From: Cyanophora paradoxa CCMP329
Taxonomy: Eukaryota; Plantae; Glaucophyta
DNA length: 64,000 nucleotides
NCBI GenBank assembly: GCA_004431415.1
Contig: QPMI01000483.1
Location: forward strand, 186,001 to 250,000
Direction: 5' to 3'
Both the position numbers and the translations under genes were made by a program. Shown here in pieces: positions 57,111 to 64,000 of this stretch. A model generated the notes under the pieces. It was given only the letters and a program-made list of their open reading frames with translations, was not told the DNA's origin and did not search any database. Numbering within the stretch: position 1 is the stretch's first letter; the number at the start of each line of letters is the position of its first letter.

Positions 57111-60100
57111 CTACTGCGCCAGGGGCGACCCAGGCGCGAAGAAGTCGGAGCCGACGCCGACGGAGCCCGAGGCGAGGACGGCCATGCCGCTGGCGGCCTC
57201 CTCGGCCTCCTGCTCCTCGAGGGCGAAGGCCTGCCCGGCGGCGCGCGCGGCGCGCGTCCGCTCCGCCGCCTCGGCGAACTCGTGGAACTGCATGCAGCCG
57301 GCCGTCCGGATCGCGCTCGTCTCCCTGCGCCCGGCCTCGGCGGGGCGCTGTGGGCGCGCGGCCGGGGCACGCACACGGCCTCCAGGCGGGGGTACTGCTG
57401 CCTGAGTATGCGCACGACCTCGGAGATCCAGGGTGCGTAGGGCGAGTAGTCGCCGTCCTTGCGGAGGCAGCCGCGCGGGTCCTCGGGGTGGTCCATCTAC
57501 GCCGTGGGGCCGGCGTCAGCGCGCAAGGGCCCAGCCGAGAAGCCGCGCGGGAGGGCCGCCGGCGCACCGCGTACTGGCTGGCGGCCTCCGCGAAGAAGGC
57601 GGCGACGATGCGGCGGCCCTCCTCGCTCAGGCCCTCCTCGCCCGGGGCGCCGGCCCGCGCCTGGCGCTCGCCGCGGGCGGAGGCGGGGCCGTCGGGGGGC
57701 GGGGGATGGGGCGCGAGGGCGGCGAGGGTCGCCTCGGGGAGGGGCTCGGGCTCGCCCTCGGCGAGCTCCTCCCAGTCCTCGGGCCCCAGGCCCCCGTCGC
57801 CCCGCCGGCCCCGCGCCCGCCCGATCACCGCCTGCATCGCCTCCCGGTACTCTCTGCCCTCCCGCCCCGCCCTCAGCCCTGCCCGCCCCTGGCCGTCCCC
57901 GGGGCGCAACGCACGGGAACTGCTGGCAGCCGGTCGACTTGATGGTGCCCGGGTGGCTGCCAGGCCCCCTCAGCGAGGCGCAGGGGCGGGCGAGCGAGAG
58001 TGTGGCGGCAGCCTTGCGCACAGGTCCTGGACGCTAGAGCAGCGGGCCTTGAACTGCTTTGCGGTGTCGTAGGCCCAGAGCGTGTAGGCCGACAACTGGC
58101 CCGTTTGCGGGTCCCGCATGAACCCCCGCGGGTCCTCCGGGTGCTCCTCCTGCGCCGCGTCGGCCGGCGCGGCGGGCGGGGGAGGGGGCGGCCCGGGGCT
58201 CCCTCGCGCACCGCGTACTGCGCTGCGGCCTGCGCGAAGAAGGCGACGCATGCGTCCCGCTCCTCCGGCGTCACCTCCCGCTGCTTCCGCTTCGGCACGC
58301 ACCCGCCCTCCCACGCCCGGCCCCGCTTCCGCCTCGGCTGCGGCCCCGTGAGCGCCGCGGGCGGGCCGGCGGGCGGCGGCCGCGCCGCGCACCTCGGGGG
58401 TGGCGGTGAGGTCCTCGAGCAGGACGGAGGGCCCCGGCAGCGACTCGATGGGCGCCTGCCGGGAGGCCCCGAGTGGCGAGGGCACCGGCCCCGACTCCGC
58501 GAGGGACACGGGGAACTGGACGCTGCTCGGCAGCGCAGCGGCGCTGGGGAGCGGCAGCGCGCTCGGGAGCGGGATGGAGGACGGCAGCGGGGCGGCGCCG
58601 TGCATGGGGACGGCGCCGGGCATCGGGAGGGAGGCGACGCCGAGGGCTTGCGTGGGCTCCAAGGGGAGGGTTGGGGGCAGGCCGGCCGGCATCGACGGGT
58701 CGTACTGCGAGAGGTGTTGCAGGTGCTGGTGCTGCTGGTGGTGCTCCGAGGGGCCCGCGAGGGGCGACAGCCTCGACTCGCCCCCCGAGGTGAGGCCCTC
58801 CCCGTCGCTCGCCCCCCCCGTCGGCCGCCTCCGCTTCCGCTGCACTTCTTGCATCGCCTCCCTGTACTCACCGAACTGCGCGCACCCGACCCCCTTCAGC
58901 GTCCCCGGGTGCCTGCGCCCCACCGACGTCAGCGCCCCCCGCGGCCCGCCGCCCGCTCCGCGCTCACACGTCCTGCAGGTCGGGGTGATGGCTCTTGAGG
59001 GACTTGATTGTCTCGAATACCCACTGGGCGCGGCGCGTCGGGCGCGCGAGGGCCGGCTCCCGCGGGGAATGCGGCGCACGGGGGAAAAGGCCGAGAGCTC
59101 GCCCCCCTTTTTCATGAAGCCGCGCGGGTCCTCGGGGTGCGTCATCTGCGTCCTGCGCTCAGCACCCCGGGGCGGCAAGCAAGCGAGGGAGCGCCAGAGG
59201 CGCGCCTCATACTCCGCTGCCTTCTGCGCGAAGAAGTGGACAACCGTCTGAAACTCCGACTCAGTGAGCTCCCTCGCCCGCAGCTTGATACCGCCTTCGC
59301 TTCTCCCGGCAGGGCCCGAAGGCCGACCGCGGCGCGCCTTCGCCTGCGATGCCACGTCGGCTGCGCGGGGCGAGGAGCGGGCGCACACGCTCGCCTGATT
59401 CATGTCTTCGTGCTGGTCCGGTGACGGGACTGCACCAGGCTGCAGGTCCGGAAGCGTGACCGGCAGTCCCACCTGTGCGACGCAGGTCATGTCTGCGCCA
59501 TGTGCGGGCGGAGGCTCGCCGGACGCACGTCGCTTGAGGAGGACCCGAGCGCCGCAGCCTGGGCTTGCTGCAGCTGCGCTGTCTTTTGATCCAAGCTCTG
59601 CTGATCACCAGGGTGGCCATTGAAAGTCGGAGCCTCCGCTGGGTAAGAGATCGGCGGAAAGGCCGTCTGCATTTGCGCGGCGTAACTATCCGCCGCGTAG
59701 TACTGGGCAGAGAAGTCCTGCGCGCGCTCGAATTCAATGACAGTGGCGGCAGGGACTCTCACTGACGCACCCGCGCCGCGTTGGGGTCGACCTGAAGCGC
59801 GTGTGGCTCGGGAAGCGGAGCTCCATTGGGAGGGTGATGCGAGAGGGTTAGAGGCTGAGAGCTGCTGCTGCTACTGTTGCCACCCTCCCGCTCCTGCTTC
59901 TTCTTCTCGCGGCGCTGCCTCATGCTCTCCATGTTGCGGCGACTGCCCTCCTCGTTACGCCTTCGCTTCCCAGTGGGGTCCAGCCATGTCGAGGGGTTGG
60001 CCTCGGGCGGCAGACGCCGGCGGCCTGTAGCCGGGTCAACGGAGCTGCGTTTCTTCCCGAAGCCGCCGCGCGTCGTGCCACGACCACCAGCTCGCAAGCA

Positions 60101-60166
60101 CGCATCCGGATGCGTATCGAGCCTGCAGGGGTTCCCACAGTGCGGGCAGGGTCCTCTCCGCGGCAT
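57111..60166 (-). CDS. Unknown, probably nuclear protein with N-terminal Cys/His cluster and three copies of an unrecognised ~85-aa domain
   Basis: MPRRGPCPHCGNPCRLDTHPDAC; basic NLS-like runs; RRGRP; 3x FFA..A..Y|..HPEDPRG...G..S.[FY]..W...|...GC.QF.E[YF].EA. Confidence 0.7.
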
Positions 60167-60599
60167 CCGCCCGAAAAGCGGCGATTCGGTGCCCTGGTGT
60201 GCTCTTGCGACGTCTCTGCGCTACGCGGCGGCCGACAGCGACGGTTCTCCGGCCGCTAGCTAGCTAGCGCTGTCGCGTTGCACCTGGCCCGGGGGTACGT
60301 CAACTTGGCAAATCCGAATTCGCCGAAGACTGCGGGCCGGCTCGGCCCGGCCCGGCCCGGCCCTGCCGCAGCGCGCATGCGCACTGTGGCGCCCGGCGGC
60401 CGGCTCACATTGCCAAGTTGTGCCCGGCGGCCACGCGTACGTATTAAAGTCGCAGTGTGCCAAACTCGAGAATCCCGTGTGCAGAGTCAAGATTGCCGAC
60501 CCAATGCCTTGCGCAGATATATCGATATAGGTCCAATGATCCAATGCGCAACCTGTACAAAACTAGAGCTATAGCCTGCCTATGCAAATGCTGGGACAA

Positions 60600-63351
60600 C
60601 TATGTGATGACCTTTTCCAGCTTTTCCAGTTCCAATTGCTCAGGTGTCTTCTGGACCTCAGCCGCTTTCTTTGGATCGTTTTTCTGCACTGCTGTGAGCT
60701 CGGAAAATCATGGAGTAATAATGCCGATCATGCACCTTCTTCTTGACTGTCTGACCCTCACCATCAGCTGGTGGCTCTTCCTCCTTGGGCTTCGTAGGTT
60801 TCCTGAGAAAAATGAGAACGAAGTCAAGCCAGAGGAATGAAGGAAAACATGCCTGAGGTTGGGTGACAACTTCAGCGAGGTTACACATCCTCGGTCATCG
60901 CCAACAAGGATAATTGGATCGCGAGGGTTGAAGCAGACGTGTGTGAGCTTCGCTTTCCTCACGACCTTCTGCTCACACATGGCCTCGTGTTTGTTCTCGT
61001 TGATGTCGAACACGTGGACCTGTGACGGTTGTGAGCAAAAAGAAGCCAATGATGGAGAGGGGGAGAGAAAGAGCCAACCTTGCCATCACTTGTCACAGCA
61101 GCAAAAACAGTGGATGAGTACGGTGCCCATGCAACATCGTTGACCGAGTTGTTGAGGTCGAAGGACATTATCGGAATCTTCGAATCGTGATTCCAGAGTT
61201 TCACGGTCCAGTCCGCGCTGCAGGAGAGGTACACTCGAGGGTGGTAGTGGTTCCAGCGCGTGCTGTAGACAGCCATGTGGTGACCCTGCCAATCCGAGAA
61301 TAAAAAAGGGCTTGCGAGAGGAGCAACACACTTCATACCTCGTATGTTTCAAGATACTGGGAGTTGTAAGCCTTGGAGCACTTGTGGATCTTACCCTCCT
61401 CAGTGCCCACGATGAACAGATGGTCCGAGTGCTTGTTGAAGTCGAAGCACATGCCTCCTGCCAGGCCTGAAAGTGATGTGTCCTCCTCGCCTGCCAATTC
61501 ACCGCCCTCACGAGTCATGCCGACAAGTTTCAGTTCCATCACATCTGTGTGCTGAAGCTCGTTCTTGCTCATCGTCCACAAAGTGACACGACCATCGGTG
61601 GAGATCGAGAAGAAGTTAAGGTTCTTCGAGAGGTCCTCGTCTTGCCAGCGAACCTGCCAGGAATATATGGGCAACAGCCATAGATGGTGCAAAGTTCAAA
61701 CTGTACCTCCCACACGGGATCAGTGTGCTTGCCAGTCTTGACTGTTGACTGGAATATGGGCCTGTTGACCTTGTTTCGCACGTCAAAGACCATGACCGTG
61801 CCATCGTAGCACCCTACTGCCAAGAGGGAAGAATGCTGCCAGATTCCATTGAAATGAGAAGAGAAATCTTGCTTATGCAGTCAAGATGCGAGTCGCACCT
61901 GCTTGTGCCAGTCGAGGCACATAACGCCAGACTCTGTGGTGAACATGTACTCGGGGTGCGAGGGGTTCTTCAGCGAGAAGCAGCAGATGAGCCCAGAGCC
62001 CTGCTTCATGAAGTCGTACGAGCCATAGCCCACAGCAAACAGGTCGTTGTACTCCGTGTTCCAGCATATGGAGGTAACCTGCTTCTTCTTGATCTTCTCG
62101 TTGTAGAACTTCCAGAGGGGCAGCAATGTGCCTGGAAGAACCTTCAGCATTTAAGGCACACGCAAGACCAACCTCAGAGCGTACCCTCCCCCTCACGGTA
62201 CGCGTCAGACGCGTCCTCCCAGTACTTGTAGTCCTGAGCAATGTCGTCGTAGGCGTTCTGATTGACCATGCGCTCCACAATCTTCAGTGCCTTGCTCATG
62301 GCCGCGCTGTGGATCGGGTCTGTACTCTTCTCCGGCTTATCGACTACCACTGTCTCCTTTGAATCTTTAGGCGTGTGCTCCGCGCCATCCTCTGCAGCCA
62401 CTTGCTTTGCCTACAGCAAACAAAAAGGGTGAGCAGAAAAGAAATCAAAACGCACGGAGCGACGAACCTTCACACGCTCCTTTGCCTCCTTCTTCTCCTC
62501 CTGATCATGAATATAAGAGTCAAAGATTTCCCACTGCGTGCACAGGCCCGTGAAGTTGACGCTCGGGGGTGGATCCGTCGCCGTCCAGCGGTCCTGTTCG
62601 AGTGCTCAGCAGCGCCGTGGAAGCCGACCAAGCTACCGAACCTTCATTGGATTGTTGAAGGTTTGTGAGGCGCGCTCGCTGAAGTTGAACTGGTTGCGCA
62701 GGACCTTGCCACCCGGGCCTTCATCAGCAAGCTCGGCATCCTCAGACTGGCCCAGCACTTCCTTCACATGCGCAGCCTCCAGCTGCTTCTCCGTCTCCGC
62801 CATTTGGCGCTTCGCCTCGTCCGTCTCTTTGTGGATCATGTAGCTGCGCCGTCCCTCGGGCCACGACGGCAAAACCTGAGCGGCACCTCGCGCACCCGTC
62901 GAACGCGAAGTGCACAGCCGTGTGCTCAATCTGAGGGTCGATCTTGAACGCCCGATCCTTCACATTGAACCGAATCACGTTCTGCGGTGCTTGCGGGTCG
63001 TCTGCTTTCAGCATCTTCGTGACCTCCTCGTTCAGCTCCTTTTCCGTCAGCTGTAGCTGATCGGTGGGCTTGATGTACTCTTTCGGCTGCGCTCCCAGTC
63101 AGCCTGGGCCGGGCCTGGGCAGCCAGGGCGCTGACCGGCTCCCAGTCATAGCTCTGTCCTTCCTGCTGTTGCTCCTGCTGAGGAACGGGCGCAGATGCAA
63201 CGGGCTTGTCATCGGCGTCCTTTCCGCCCTTGCCGCCCTTGCCCGCGCCCTTGCTCGTCGCCGCCTGCGCGGTATGAGCTACGGCGTCCCACGCACGCAC
63301 GGGGGAGTCCGGAAACGACAACAGCGCTGATCGGACCTTCTTCGGCGGCAT
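60600..63351 (-). CDS. DNAI1: Axonemal outer-arm dynein intermediate chain 1 (IC78/IC1)
   Basis: MPPKK; [14 protein letters not shown]; VERMVNQN; YKYWEDASD; LLPLWKF; [12 protein letters not shown]; [10 protein letters not shown]; KHTDPVW; [15 protein letters not shown]; [12 protein letters not shown]; SLKLSPNLR. Confidence 0.95.
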
Positions 63352-63530
63352 CTTTCCGGCTGGTGGCTGCTGGCGGCAGCCGCAGAAGTCGGGCGCCGAA
63401 ACAGGATACCGGTGTACCCCGGCAACGCCCTGCCCGTATCCCCCGGCGGCGCCAGGCAGCTTCGCGAGGTCCGTCGCTCTGTGTGCAGGACTGCAGCACA
63501 GGGCATAGGGTAGCAGCGCGAGGCCTCAGC

Positions 63531-64000
63531 ATGGCGGACATCGATGAGCAGCAGCTGCTCGATGAGGTGCAGCCGGAGGCGGGCTTCGATTCCATCATTG
63601 TAGTGGTGCGCGGGCCGTCGAAAATCGTTGGCGCTCGGCTGCTTGGTTCTCACGCGGGGCGCCGCGCTCTGATCGCGACAGGATGGCCTGCCGGTCGTCG
63701 ACCAGGACAAGTACGAGAAGCTCGTGAATGTCGTTCGCAAGGCGAGCGCACGCCATCGCAAACGCAGCTGGCATTCCCTGAGTCGCGCGTCGTGCCGCGT
63801 CGAGCAGATCTTCAGCCAGATTGGCGCGATCCGCGAGAATGGCCTGTACATGCCCAAGGACGCCAAGGGCGCAACTAAGGGGTGCGCGAGGATGCGAGCG
63901 CTTTGCCTGCGCCAGCTGCCGCCAACTGCGTTGGCAGTTTCGCGTTCATCGAGTTCTCCACGCCGGAGGAGGCAAGCATGGCCGTGCAGCAGACGAATGG
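63531..64000 (+). CDS. EIF3B: Translation initiation factor eIF3 subunit B, 5' part
   Basis: FDSIIVV|DGLPVVDQDKYEKLVNVVRK|IFSQIG....GLYMP....TKG|FAFIEFSTPEEA..AV..TNG (RRM). Confidence 0.93.

Noticed and set aside
7280-59500. Very long Arg/Pro/Gly/Ala-rich ORFs in the supplied track (e.g. 17767-20787, 21462-24689)
   Set aside because: Shadow frames caused by extreme GC content and scarce stop codons; the real coding frames are spliced and lie elsewhere.

Overview
This is eukaryotic nuclear DNA, not prokaryotic. It is very GC-rich and gene-dense, and the genes are split by many short (about 45-80 nt) spliceosomal introns, a large share with GC donors. The supplied ORF track is therefore mostly fragments and shadow ORFs, and I rebuilt gene models by hand from splice signals. 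Axonemal genes (DNAI1, DRC10) indicate a flagellated protist or alga. The style resembles a glaucophyte such as Cyanophora, but that is an unverified inference. About 19 protein genes are recognisable: an ENT transporter, a STAT-like protein, a dCache/PAS hybrid histidine-kinase-like sensor, two inverted WrbA paralogues, a WD40-pseudokinase-ARM protein, two TPR paralogues, an ADP-forming acetate-CoA ligase-GNAT fusion, two LamG proteins, a DUF676 lipase, kinesin-5, DRC10, Fe-SOD, SMG8, a protein with a novel triple-repeat domain, DNAI1, eIF3b and one truncated unknown. Main highlights: (1) a STAT-like gene at 2331-4627 whose SH2 domain (FLLRLS) and C-terminal Tyr tail appear only after splicing; (2) two Helentron/Helitron2-type non-autonomous elements with diagnostic termini; (3) an unrecognised ~85-aa 'HPEDPRGF' domain repeated three times; (4) a WrbA palindrome with identical introns but a divergent flavin-site loop; (5) intergenic DNA built of chained micro-palindromes. 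No database searches were run; family calls rest on recalled motifs.
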